Source of the DNA: an uncultured Planctomycetota bacterium
Lineage (GTDB): Bacteria > Planctomycetota > Planctomycetia > Gemmatales > Gemmataceae
Reading direction: 5' to 3'
NCBI GenBank assembly: GCA_963849325.1
Contig: CAWKHF010000002.1
Span: 96,001 to 160,000, forward strand
DNA: 64,000 bases
Below, one piece after another: positions 1 to 10,742 of the stretch. Position numbers and translations under genes: made by a program. Below the pieces are notes generated by a model that saw only the letters and a list, made by a program, of their open reading frames with translations, did not search any database and was not told where the DNA came from. Position 1 is the stretch's first letter, and the number at the start of each line of letters is the position of its first letter.

Positions 1-144
1 GCCAAGCCCGAGTACCTGTTCTTCCTCGATGTGGAAGGCCACGCCGACGACCCCAAGATCAAACGCGCTCTACAGGGTCTCGAAGAACACTGCCAGGAGG
101 TGACGGTGCTGGGTTCCTACCCGATGGCCCTAACCACTGGTTAA
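1..144 (+). CDS. pheA: Prephenate dehydratase, C-terminal ACT domain (partial)
   Basis: Frame 1 reads [41 protein letters not shown]..., the typical PheA ACT-domain end; lies upstream of DAHP synthase. Confidence 0.85.
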   Translation, partial: AKPEYLFFLDVEGHADDPKIKRALQGLEEHCQEVTVLGSYPMALTTG

Positions 145-156
145 CAAAGAGAGGAC

Positions 157-294
157 CACCACGGAAAACACGGAAAACACGGAAAAAAGACAAAGACATA
201 AAGAAGACATTGACGAGCTCAAGAGACGAGTCCCAATCCCTCTCTCACTCTTTTTGTATTGATTTTTTCCGTGTTTTCCGTGTTTTCCGTGGTG
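157..294. repeat. Inverted tandem 9-mer element (ACGGAAAAC)x3 ... (GTTTTCCGT)x3
   Basis: caccacggaaaacacggaaaacacggaaaaaa (157-188) is the reverse complement of 263-294. Confidence 0.9.
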
Positions 295-304
295 AAATAA
301 TTCG

Positions 305-1342
305 ATGATTATCGTTCTCCGGCCGGATTCCACCGAGGAGCAGATCGACCACGTCCTCGAGCGCATCCGCGAACTGGGCTTCAAGCCGCACCTCAGCCGC
401 GGCGAGAAGCGTACTCTCGTCGGCGTCATCGGCGACGAGGACAAGCTGCGCACCGAACCGCTGTCCGCCATCCCCGGCGTCGAACAAGTGCTGCCGATCC
501 TCAAGGCGTTCAAGCTGGCCAGCCGCGAGTTCCACCCCACCGACACGGTCGTCACGGTCGGCGCCGATTGCGGGCCGCCGGTCAAGCCGACGCGCATCGG
601 CGGCGGCTCCCTGGCGCTCATCGCCGGACCCTGTGCCGTCGAGAGCGCCGAGGTGCTGGACACCATCGCCGGCCACGTCAAGGCGGCCGGCGCCAATCTG
701 CTGCGCGGCGGAGCATTCAAGCCGCGCACCAGCCCATACAGCTTCCAGGGACTCGGCGAGGCCGGCCTGAAGATCCTCCGCGACGTCGGGCATCGCCACG
801 GTCTGCCGGTCGTCACCGAAGTGATGGACCCTCGGCAAGTCGATGTCGTCAACCGTTACACCGACATGTTCCAGATTGGCGCCCGTAACATGCAGAACTT
901 CGACCTATTGCGCGAGGTCGGCCAGGCCCGCAAGCCGGTCCTGCTCAAGCGCGGCATGAGCGCCACCGTCAAGGACATGCTCATGTCGGCGGAATATGTG
1001 CTGTCGGAGGGCAATCCTGACGTGGTGCTGTGCGAGCGCGGCGTGCGTTCCTTCGAGGACTCGACGCGCAACATGCTCGACCTCAGCGCCGTGCCCAACG
1101 TCAAGGGGCAGAGCCATCTGCCGATCATCGTCGATCCCAGTCACGCCACCGGCCGGCCAGACCTGATCCCGGCGATGTCGCGGGCGGCCGTCGCCGCTGG
1201 CGCCGATGGCGTCCATGTCGAAGTTCACAGTTGTCCCGAGAAGGCGCTGTCGGACGGACCGCAAGCGTTGCTGCCGGCCCAGTACGCCGCCCTCACCGGC
1301 GACCTGCGCCGCCTCGCCGATCTGATGGGCAAAACATTTTAA
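305..1342 (+). CDS. aroF: 3-deoxy-7-phosphoheptulonate (DAHP) synthase, class I-beta, with N-terminal regulatory domain
   Basis: [43 protein letters not shown] motifs. Confidence 0.95.
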   Translation: MIIVLRPDSTEEQIDHVLERIRELGFKPHLSRGEKRTLVGVIGDEDKLRTEPLSAIPGVEQVLPILKAFKLASREFHPTDTVVTVGADCGPPVKPTRIGGGSLALIAGPCAVESAEVLDTIAGHVKAAGANLLRGGAFKPRTSPYSFQGLGEAGLKILRDVGHRHGLPVVTEVMDPRQVDVVNRYTDMFQIGARNMQNFDLLREVGQARKPVLLKRGMSATVKDMLMSAEYVLSEGNPDVVLCERGVRSFEDSTRNMLDLSAVPNVKGQSHLPIIVDPSHATGRPDLIPAMSRAAVAAGADGVHVEVHSCPEKALSDGPQALLPAQYAALTGDLRRLADLMGKTF

Positions 1343-1468
1343 ACCACGAAACACACGAAAAAAAGACAAAAAGAACGAGAAGAGGAGAAGTCCGCTGTAC
1401 GACGCCGTTTCTTTATTAATTATTGTCTTTTTTGTCTTTTTTTCGTGTGTTTCGTGTGTTTCGTGGTT
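1342..1468. repeat. Inverted tandem 9-mer element (CACACGAAA)n ... (TTTCGTGTG)n
   Basis: aaccacgaaacacacgaaaaaaagacaaaa pairs with ttttgtctttttttcgtgtgtttcgtgtgtttcgtggtt. Confidence 0.85.
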
Positions 1469-1482
1469 CGAGGTCTTGTCTT

Positions 1483-2247
1483 ATGCGATCGAAATTCGTC
1501 GCCGGCAACTGGAAGATGTTCACCAACACGGCCACGGCGCGACAGTTGGCTGCCGCAGTGGTGCGCGGCCTGGGCGACGAGAAGCGCGTCGCCGTCGCCG
1601 TCTGTCCGCCGGCCCCGTATCTGGTCGTCGTCGCCGAGGCACTCCAGGGCAGCTCGGTCGCGCTGGGCGCGCAGAACTGCTATCCCGAGAAAGAAGGCGC
1701 CTTCACCGGCGAGGTCAGCCCGACCATGCTCGTCGATGTCGGCTGTCGTTACGTCATCCTCGGCCATAGCGAACGTCGTCACAAGCTCGGCGAGAGCGAC
1801 GCCTTTATCAACCGCAAGGTGCGGGCGGCGTTGGCGGCGGGACTGGAAGTCATCCTCTGCCTGGGCGAGACGTTGCAAGAGCGTCAGAGCGAGCACACCG
1901 AGTCCGTGCTGGAAAGCCAGTTGAGCGGCAGCCTGGCCGACCTGGACGCGGCGGCGCTGCGTCGCGTCGTGCTGGCCTACGAGCCGGTCTGGGCCATCGG
2001 CACCGGCCACAACGCCACGCCGGAGCAGGCCCAGCAGGCCCATGCCTTCCTCCGCGGCCAAATCCGCCAGCGCTTCGGCGAGGAAGCGGCCGCGGCGCTT
2101 CTGATTCAGTACGGCGGCAGCGTCAAACCCGACAATGCCGCCGCCCTCTTCGGTCAGCCCGACGTCGATGGCGGATTGATCGGCGGCGCCAGCCTCAACG
2201 CCGACCAGTTCCTGGCCATCGTTCGCGCTTCCGTGCGGGGGCAATAA
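1483..2247 (+). CDS. tpiA: Triosephosphate isomerase
   Basis: AGNWKM, GHSERR, AYEPVWAIGTG, YGGSV, GGASL motifs; start moved to ATG 1483, after the repeat. Confidence 0.97.
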   Translation: MRSKFVAGNWKMFTNTATARQLAAAVVRGLGDEKRVAVAVCPPAPYLVVVAEALQGSSVALGAQNCYPEKEGAFTGEVSPTMLVDVGCRYVILGHSERRHKLGESDAFINRKVRAALAAGLEVILCLGETLQERQSEHTESVLESQLSGSLADLDAAALRRVVLAYEPVWAIGTGHNATPEQAQQAHAFLRGQIRQRFGEEAAAALLIQYGGSVKPDNAAALFGQPDVDGGLIGGASLNADQFLAIVRASVRGQ

Positions 2248-2375
2248 ACGAACCATCGGAATCCATTACGGCACCCGAGTTTTGATGAGACAAACGCCGG
2301 GTGATGGTGTTACGATCTGTGGTTGGTGTGTGCGGAAGTTGTCTCCGGGGGAATCCAATCAATGGGAGGTGGGAA

Positions 2376-3008
2376 ATGCGTGGAATGTTGAAGTGGACCG
2401 TGGCGACGTGCCTGGCCCTGGGCCTGGCCAGCGTCGCCCAGGCCCAGCGACAGGGACCGGGATTTTTCGGCGGTCCGGGAGCCTTGCTGCAAAACGAGGG
2501 CGTGCAGAAGGAGTTGAGCCTCAGCGACGAACAGAAGACTAAGGTCCGAGACGCCCTGACCAAGGTGCGCGAGGACAACAAAGACATCATCGGCAAGGGC
2601 CGCGACATGTCGCGCGAGGAGCGGCAGAAGCTGATGAAGGCGTTCGACGACGCTATCGGCGGCGTTCTCGACGCCAAGCAGATGAAGCGGTTCAAACAGA
2701 TCCAGTTGCAAACGCAAGGCGCCTTCGCCTTCTTCAACACCCAGGTACAGGAGAAGCTGAAGCTGAGCGAGGATCAAAAGGGCAAGATCCGCGAGATCGG
2801 CCAGGAAGCCGGCAAGAAGATGGCCGACCTGCGCCAGGGCGGCGGCAGCCGCGAGGAAAACGCCAAGAAGTTCAACGAAATCCGCAAGGAGACGATGGAC
2901 AAGATCGCCGTCGTGCTGACGGACGACCAGAAGAAGACCTGGAAGGAGATGACCGGCAAACCGTTCGAGCTGCAGCCCGGCGCCCGGCGGCGCAACCGCG
3001 ATCAGTGA
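2376..3008 (+). CDS. Secreted helical protein, Spy/CpxP-like planctomycete family
   Basis: GGAGG SD, signal peptide (ASVAQA), repeated VQKELxLSDEQKxK segments and LTDDQKKTWKEM.GKPF end. Confidence 0.65.
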   Translation: MRGMLKWTVATCLALGLASVAQAQRQGPGFFGGPGALLQNEGVQKELSLSDEQKTKVRDALTKVREDNKDIIGKGRDMSREERQKLMKAFDDAIGGVLDAKQMKRFKQIQLQTQGAFAFFNTQVQEKLKLSEDQKGKIREIGQEAGKKMADLRQGGGSREENAKKFNEIRKETMDKIAVVLTDDQKKTWKEMTGKPFELQPGARRRNRDQ

Positions 3009-3040
3009 CAAGGACGAGGACCGCTACATCTTCGTAAACC

Positions 3041-3109
3041 CCGTTTAGCCGCGACGCGCAGCGGAGCGCGGGAATCTCCCGCGCTCCGCTGCGCGTCGCG
3101 GCTAAACGG
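3041..3109. repeat. REP-like palindrome, family A (CCGTTTAGCCGCGACGCGCAGCGGAGCGCGGG...)
   Basis: Long perfect inverted repeat; further copies at 24605, 41316, 60903 and partial copies at 13167, 30768, 42815. Confidence 0.92.
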
Positions 3110-5241
3110 CCGACAGACTGTGCTCCGCCGTTTCGGCCGCCGCCGGCGCCAGGGAGGTCGGCATCTCCTCGCCACACAGGTTGAGGGCCATGGTGCCGGC
3201 CAGGGCCGCCATCAACCCCAGCCCTTCGCGCGAGTCTTTTTCGACCGGGTATCCTCCAAAGGTCAGTCGCTGCTCGTCGGCCCCGCGCCAGCACGAGGGA
3301 ATCTCCGTGGAGGAAGACGGCCGTGCCGCCGGCGGCCCGGTGATCGAGCAGACGCGGGTGCTGAGCGTCCCGGGCGAACCAGACGACCCGTTCGGCGGGT
3401 GGAAGTCGCGTTTCCGCAAGCGGTGGAAAATCCGCGTTCACAACGGCCGTGCCCCGCGGCGCCAGCGCCCGCAGTACGGCGGCGCAGGCCTCGACCAGTT
3501 CCGCGGCGTCGGCGACCGCACCGGCGCAATCCAGACATTCGCCCGCTTCGGGCGGGCCGGTCAGCAGGGTCACGTCGCAGCGGTCGCACCCCAGTCCCTC
3601 GGTAAGCAGGTCGCGGGCATCCGCCTCCAGGACGGCGATGTCCACGACGCTGCTGCGCAGCACGGCACCAGCCTTCTGGTGTGCGGTCGCCCCAGGCAGG
3701 ACAATCCGCCGGCCGGCGACGAAAACGCCGTCGCGGCTGGCCCGTCCGACGCGGAAGCCGTGCCGGCTCAACAGCGCCTCCAGGCGCCGTCCCGCCGCCC
3801 GCGTCCGGCCGCCGGTCACGACGAGAACGGGGATGCGGCCATCGCTGCCGGGTGGGAACAGCGTGGCGACGATGGCTTCGCCGACCGGGCGGGTGCTCTC
3901 GACCCACGGCGGCGTATGCAGACCCAGACCGGGTCCGGTGTTGACCTCGACGACGACACCGCCCTGCTCTTCCAGCGGCCGGCCAACGTCCTCGGCCACC
4001 AGGTCCACGCCGGCGACGCGGACCCGCAGCGCCTGGGCGGCGGCCACGGCGCAGGCAGCGACCTGGGGGTGAATGCGCTCGGTCACGTCGCGCAGGCAGC
4101 CGCCGTTCTCGACGTGCGGCGGATTGCGGCGCAGCAGTACGCGCACACCCGCCGGCGGGACCGAATCGGGCGTGTAGCCCTGGGCGGCGAGCACGGCGCA
4201 AGCGACGGCATCGATCCGCAGGCGGCGGAGAGGGAAGGGATAGGCGTCGCCGCGCCGCGGATCGCGGTTCACCGCCTCCACCAGATCGACCACGGCCGAA
4301 AGGCCGTCGCCGACGACGTGCGGCGGCTCGATCCGTGCCACCGCGATCGCGCGGTCATCGACTACCAGCACGCGATGCTCCACCCCGCGAGCGAAACGTT
4401 CGACCAGGACATCGGCGCTCTTCGCCCGCGCCGCCTCGTAGGCGGCGACTACCTGCTCGCGCGTCTGCAGGTCCAGGCCGACTCCCAGGGCGAGGTCGCG
4501 GTCCTGTGGCTTGACGGCGACCGGCAGACCCAGTTCGCGCGCCGCCGACCAGGCGTCCTCGGCATCGCGGACGGGACGGCCCTCCGGGACCGGAACGCCG
4601 GCCTCGCGCAGTAACAACTTGGTCAGGTGCTTGTCGGTCGTGATGGAACGGGCGACGGCGCTGACGTCGTCGGTCTCGGAGGCCAGGCTGCGGCGCTGGC
4701 GGGAACCTTGGCCCAGGAGTAGATAGCGGCCGTCGTCCGGGTTGAGGTGGGTGACCGGAATGCCCCGCGCCTGCGCCGCCTCGACGACGGCTCGCGTACT
4801 CGGCCCCAGGATTTGCTCGTCGGCCAACTCGCGCAAGCGCGCCAGCTCCTCGTTGATGGCGAACGGCCGGTCCTCCAGAGCGGCCCGGCACATCGCCACG
4901 GCTGTTTGCAGGCAGGCCAGACCGACCGGCTCCTCCCGGTATTCGACGGCCACACGGTAGCGGCCCGGTTCCCCTCCTCGCCGCGTCTCGCCGAACGTCA
5001 CCGCGTTGCCGGCCAGCACTTGCAGGTGCAGCACCATCCGCTTAAGAAGGTGGGCCAGGTTGACGCCCTCGCCCGGCTCCGGCGTCAGCGCGGGGAGCCA
5101 GCTCACGAGGCGCTCGACCGCCGCCAGGACTTCGTGTCGCGTCCCGGCGGCCCATCGGCCCAGGTCCACCCCGGCTTCGAGGACCGGACACGTCGCCCAG
5201 ACATTCGGTCCCCGGAGCACTCGCAGTCGCCACAACTCCAT
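3102..5241 (-). CDS. Cyanophycin synthetase-like ATP-grasp protein (CphA2/CphA3-like, degenerate Mur domain); frameshift near 3290
   Basis: [11 protein letters not shown]-domain start, [40 protein letters not shown]-like junction (SDGRIP); the C-terminus continues in ORF 3102..3419. Confidence 0.8.
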
Positions 5242-5446
5242 GTTCGCACCCTTCTCCGCTCGAAAAGCTGCTTGCGGCTTCGCGCCTGCCGCGGCCCGCG
5301 GAGCCGCAAACGGCGTTTGATTCTCTGCGCACCCCTCCGGAATATGCCCATCCGGCCGGAAAACCCGACACAAATTTCGAGGACGCGGAACGTCCATCGC
5401 TTTTCCCTTCGGCTCGTTGTGGCGAGGACGACGAAGGCGACATACA

Positions 5447-6058
5447 ATGGAGCTGTCGGATACCTCCGAGGCTGTGGAGAGACCGAGCTTGTCGCAGGGA
5501 TCGGTTACGCGCTGGATCGCCCAACTGCGGGCCGGGGACCAGGCTGCGGCCAATCCCTTGTGGGGGCGTTATTTCCATCGACTGGTCGCGCTGGCCCGCG
5601 TCCGGCTGCTGCGGGCACCGCGCCGGGCGGCCGACGAGGAAGACGTCGCCCTCAGCGCCTTCCACAGTTTTTGCCGCGCCGCCGAGCGCGGACACTTTCC
5701 CAAGCTGGACGACCGAAACGACCTCTGGCGCTTGCTGGTCGTCCTCACGACCCGCAAGGCGGCGCACCTCGTCCGCGATGGCGGCCGGCTCCGGCGCGGG
5801 GGCGGATTGGCCGCCGAGGACGAGGTGGACCTCGAACGCATCGTGGGCGAGGAGCCGGAGCCGAAGTTCGTCGCCGAGGCCGCCGAGGAGTGTCGCCGCT
5901 TGCTGTGCCGGCTCGGCGACGATACCCTGCGCTCGGTGGCTCTGTGGAAGATGGAAGGATACACCAACGAGGAGATCGCCGTCCGGCTCGGCTGCGTCCT
6001 CCGCACGGTCGAGCGCAAACTGCGATTGATCCGCGAAATCTGGGAGGACGAGCCGTGA
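5447..6058 (+). CDS. ECF-type RNA polymerase sigma factor (planctomycete, kinase-associated)
   Basis: [38 protein letters not shown]...RTVERKL; stop overlaps the kinase start (GTGA). Confidence 0.9.
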   Translation: MELSDTSEAVERPSLSQGSVTRWIAQLRAGDQAAANPLWGRYFHRLVALARVRLLRAPRRAADEEDVALSAFHSFCRAAERGHFPKLDDRNDLWRLLVVLTTRKAAHLVRDGGRLRRGGGLAAEDEVDLERIVGEEPEPKFVAEAAEECRRLLCRLGDDTLRSVALWKMEGYTNEEIAVRLGCVLRTVERKLRLIREIWEDEP

Positions 6059-9000
6059 CGCGGACGGCGACGAGCCGGGTGTCGCATCTGGGTCTGGCGC
6101 GGCGCGTGGACCAGACCTGCGACCGCTTCGAGTCGGCGTGGAAGGCCGCCGGCACCAGCGGCAGCCGGCCCTGCCTCGAAGATTTCCTCACCGACGCGAC
6201 GGAAGCGGAACGCGACGCGCTGGTCCGAGAGCTGATTCCCCTCGACGTTTGTTATCGCCGCCTTCGGGGTGAAGCGGGCACGCCGCAGGATTACGCCAAC
6301 CTCACGCCCACGCCGGACCCCTCGTGGTTGGCCGACGTGATGACGGCCCCCACGGACTCATCTGCCCTCGAGGGGCAAACGACCGTCAACGGGGACGCTC
6401 CCTCCGCGCTGCCGGGTCCGGGCAGTCGTTTCGGCGACTACGAACTGGAGCAGGAGATTGCCCGCGGCGGAATGGGCGTGGTGTATCGGGCGCGGCAGAT
6501 CAGCCTGAACCGTGTCGTCGCCCTGAAAATGATCCGGGAAGGCCGGTTTGCCTCCGCCGAGGAAGTGGAACGCTTTCGTCACGAGGCCGAGTCCGCCGCC
6601 GGCCTGGAGCATCCCCACATCGTGCCGGTCTACGAGGTCGGCGAACACGAGGGCCGCTATTACTTTAGTATGAAGTGGATCGAGGGCGGCAGCCTCTCGG
6701 ACCGGGCCTCGGCGCTGGGCGCCGACCCTCAGGCCGCGGCTCGGTTGGTCGCCCTCGTCGCTCGCGCCGTCCATCACGCCCACCAACACGGCATCCTGCA
6801 CCGCGACCTCAAACCAGCCAACGTCCTTCTGGCGAGCGGAGGGCGTCGCTCGGAAGAGGGGCTCGGAAGAGGGACTAGGGGCGAGGGACTAGGGACTAGG
6901 GAAGAAACCTCTTCCCTAGTCCCTAGTCCCTATTCCCTATTCCCTTCTTCCGAGTTGGTTCCCCTGGTCACCGACTTCGGTCTGGCCAAGCGCGTCGGCG
7001 GCGGCGGGGTGCCGACGCGCTCGGGCGTGATCGTGGGCACGCCCAGCTACATGGCGCCGGAGCAAGCGTCCGGATCGAAGCTGCTGACGACGGCGGTGGA
7101 CGTCTGGGGGCTAGGGGCGATCCTCTATGAATTGCTGACCGGCCGTCCGCCGTTCCAGGGGGAGTGCAGTCTCGAAGTCCTTCGGCAGCGTGCTGGAGGA
7201 AGAACCGCCGCGGCCGCGATCGCTCAATTCCCGCATCAACCGCGACCTGGAGACGATTTGCCTGAAGTGCCTACGCAAGGAGCCGAGCCAGCGCTACAAC
7301 TCGGCGGAGGCGCTGGCCGACGACCTGGCGCGCTGGCTGGGACACGAGCCAATCCAGGCACGTCCGGTCGGGGCCGGCGAGCGGTTGGTCAAATGGGCGC
7401 GGCGGCGGCCGGCGGTTGCGGCCCTGGCCGGGGCGCTGGCGGCCATCACCCTGACCGCCCTGGCCTTGGTTGGCTGGCAGTGGCGCCTGGCCGTGACGGC
7501 GCGACAAGATCTCGAACAGCAGCGCCAACGCGCCGACCGCCTGCTCATTCGCCTGTCTCTGGACCGCGGTCTGAACCTGCTCGAAAAGGGGCAGGTGCCG
7601 CGCGGCATGTTGTGGCTGACGGACACGCTGGAACGGGTCAACGGTGCCGGCTTCCGTGAAGAGGAGGCCGAGGAGCTGCGCCGTCCGCTGCTGGCCAACC
7701 TGGGGGCGTGGTACGACCGACTCTGCTCTTTGCGCATTCTCCTGCCGCACTCCGCCCCACCCCTGGCTGCGGTCTTCCGCGCCGACGGACGGCGCTTGCT
7801 CACCGTCGATAGCGGCGGCCGGCTTCGCTCCTGGGACGTGACCGCCGGCACCGCCGACGAGACGCGCCTGGAACACGGCATGACGGTGCTGTCGGCGGCG
7901 TTCAGCCCCGATGCACGCTGGCTGGCGACCGGCTGCGCCGACGGCACGGTCCAGGTCTGGGACGTCGAGACCGGCGAGGCGCTGCACACGCTGCGGGGAC
8001 CGGCCGGCATGAGGCCCGGTCCGGTTCGCGTCGTGGCCGTCAACGGCTCCGGCTGGGTGGCCGCGGCCGGCGACGACAACCACGCCATCTGGCTCTGGGA
8101 TGCCTCCACCGGCGAATGGCTCGGCCGGCTCGTCGGACACGAAGGACCGATCCACGCCCTGGCCTTCAGTCCCCACGGTGCCGTTCTGGTCTCGGGAGGC
8201 GAAGACAAGACAGTGCGGCTATGGGACACGGCGGCGCGGCGGGCGCTGCGCGTCTGCCACGGTCACGACGCCGGCGAACGATCGCACCTGTACGCCGTCC
8301 GTGCCGTCGCCTTCAGTCCCGACGGCACGCGCGTAGTCAGCGGCAGCGAAGACCACACGGCGCAGGTGTGGGACGTTCGAATCGGGCAAACCGCTGATCC
8401 GCGACGCGGCCACGGGCGCGCCGTCGGCGCTGCCGCATCAGGACACGGTCGGCGCGGTGGCCTTCAGCCCCAGCGGCGCGAAAGTGCTGACCGGCAGTGC
8501 CGACCGCACCGCCCAGCTGTGGGACGCGGCCACGGATCGAGCAGCCGGCCCCCCGGTAGAGCATCCCGGCTCGGTCACGATGGTAGCGTTCGGGCCGGGC
8601 GGCTCCCTGCTGACGGTCGGCCGCGACAACGTCGCCCGCCTTTGGGGCGTCCCGGCCGAGAAGTCCTGGCTGCACGAGTTCCGCCACCCGGAGTACGTCA
8701 TGACGGCAGCCCTCAGCCCGGACGGCCGACGGGCGGCGACGGGCAGCGGCGCCGGTGTCTGGCTATGGGACACGGAGACGGGAAAGTCTCTCGGTCCCCT
8801 CGCCGGCCGCGGCGGCGGATTCGCCCACCAGGACGACGTCTGGACCGTGGCCTTCAGTCCCGATGGCCGGCACGTTCTGACCGCCAGCCGGGACGGAACG
8901 GCGCGGCTGTGGGACGTGGCGACGCGGCGGCCGATCGAATACGAGGCCGGCCGACCCGTGGTGATCGAGATGGGCCAGCGCGGCCGGGCGGCGGCCTTCA

Positions 9001-9746
9001 CGGCGGACGGCCGGCACATCTTGACGGGGGCCGGCAATGTGGTGGGAGAGAAGACCCGGGGAACGGTCGATCTGTGGGACTGGTCTTCCGGCCCTCCGCG
9101 CGGCCGGACCCTGGAGCAGGGCGAGATCGTCTGGCAGGTGGCTTGCAGCTCCGACCGCCGCATGGCGGCGGTCGCCGACGGCGACGACACCGTCCGCTTG
9201 TGGGATCTGGAGCTGGGCCAGCCCTTCGGCCCGCCGCTGGAGCACCACAATCGCGTCGTCGCTCTCGATTTCAGCCCGGACGGCCGGCTTCTCGCCACCG
9301 GCAGCACCGACAAGACGGCGCGCGTCTGGGACGTCGCCACCGGCCGAGCGGTCGGCGAACCGTTCGATCACGTCGGCGCGGTGTGGGGCGTGGCCTTCAC
9401 CGACACACGAACCCTGGCGACGGCGTGCCGCGATGGACGACTACGCCTTTGGGATCTGCCGACGCGGACACCCATCGGCCCGCCGTGGCGCCACCAGGGC
9501 ATCGTCTGGACGGTGGCGTGCCATCCGGAAAGCCGGACCCTGCTGACCGGCAGCGAGGACCGCACGGCCCGCCTCTGGCGCATTCCGCTGCCGTGGCCCA
9601 ACGATGCCCGTCGCGTCCGCCTGTGTGTCGAGGTCAGCACCGGGCTGGAACTGGACAGCAACGGCGTGGTTCGCTGGCTGGACGTCTCCGCCTGGCAACG
9701 CCGCCGCCGATCCCTGGCGGAGCGCGGCGGCTGCCCCGCTCCCTAA
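6055..9746 (+). CDS. Ser/Thr protein kinase with TM segment and WD40 repeats; frameshifts near 7190 and 8400
   Basis: [41 protein letters not shown], then many WD40 repeats spread over three ORFs. Confidence 0.9.
6862..6954. repeat. Heptamer hairpin element (GGGACTA)n ... (TAGTCCC/TATTCCC)n, in-frame within the kinase
   Basis: Outer inverted repeat ctcggaaga/tcttccgag encloses inverted GGGACTA tandems; 93 bp. Confidence 0.85.
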
Positions 9747-9756
9747 CGGTCGCGGC
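9736..9756. repeat. Half copy of REP-like family C (CCGCTCCCTAACGGTCGCGGC)
   Basis: Identical to the right arm of the 29232-29289 palindrome; contains the kinase TAA stop. Confidence 0.7.
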
Positions 9757-9780
9757 GAGGGATCTTGCGCCGAGCGCGGA

Positions 9781-10728
9781 TCAATAATCCGGAATCGGCT
9801 GGCCGTCGGAGATGTTCGCCAACAGCGCCAGCGTGTTCGGGTCCGTGTTGATCGAGATCGACCGTACGCCGCCGTCTCCCATGACGAACTGGCAAACTCC
9901 CGTGTGATAGCCGCCGAAGCTGGCCGTACCGTCCCTCGGCGTGCGGGCCAGCGGATAATTCGGCCCGGCGGAGCGACTGGAGCAGACCCAGTAATCGCCG
10001 TTGTACAGCGAGCAGTCCAGCACTCCTCGGCCGAAGTTCCCCAGCTGCACGTGCTTGTCGCCGGCGAAGAGCGTGTTGCTCAGTCCATCGGTGATCTGGG
10101 CGAAGGTGATGGAGCCGAGCGCCTTGCCGTACTGATTGGTGGCGGCCCGGAAGGCGCCGTTGTAGACGGAGCCGTCGCAGTCGGTGCCGTCGCAGTTGTC
10201 GGTGCCGGTGCAGGTGGCGTAATCCCCCAGCGCCCCCGGTACGAACGGCCCGAGGGTCAAGCCGATGTCGTCGTTCTGATCGCCGGAGATGCTCGCCTGG
10301 GGAGGGGTCTGCGCCGTCCGCCGCGCGGGACAAAAGTAGGTGGGCACCTGCGTCAGGCGAGCGACGTCGGACTGATCGTAGTAAATAAGGGCCAGGTCCC
10401 ACTGCCGGTACAGGTTCCCCTGCTCCAGGTAGGGCAGCAGCAGGACGGCCCAGGTCGCGTGCAGGTCGCTGAGGCGGTTGGGAGGGAGCTTGTCGAAATC
10501 GCCGTGGTACATCTGGATGGCCAGGCCGATTTGCTTGAGATTGTTGGCGCACTGAATCCGTGCGGCGGCCTCGCGCACTTTCTGCACCGCCGGCAGCAAC
10601 AGTGCCATCAGCATCGCCACGACCGCCAGGACCACCAGCAGCTCGATCAGCGTGAACCCGACTCTCGCGGATCGGCGCGAGCGGTGACACGGCTTCGTAT
10701 CGATCGTTCGCACGGCACGGGGAAACAT
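9781..10728 (-). CDS. DUF1559 prepilin-type N-terminal cleavage/methylation protein
   Basis: [45 protein letters not shown]9-DG ([13 protein letters not shown]). Confidence 0.93.
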   Translation of the reverse strand: MFPRAVRTIDTKPCHRSRRSARVGFTLIELLVVLAVVAMLMALLLPAVQKVREAAARIQCANNLKQIGLAIQMYHGDFDKLPPNRLSDLHATWAVLLLPYLEQGNLYRQWDLALIYYDQSDVARLTQVPTYFCPARRTAQTPPQASISGDQNDDIGLTLGPFVPGALGDYATCTGTDNCDGTDCDGSVYNGAFRAATNQYGKALGSITFAQITDGLSNTLFAGDKHVQLGNFGRGVLDCSLYNGDYWVCSSRSAGPNYPLARTPRDGTASFGGYHTGVCQFVMGDGGVRSISINTDPNTLALLANISDGQPIPDY

Positions 10729-10742
10729 AAGCAACCGCCCGG

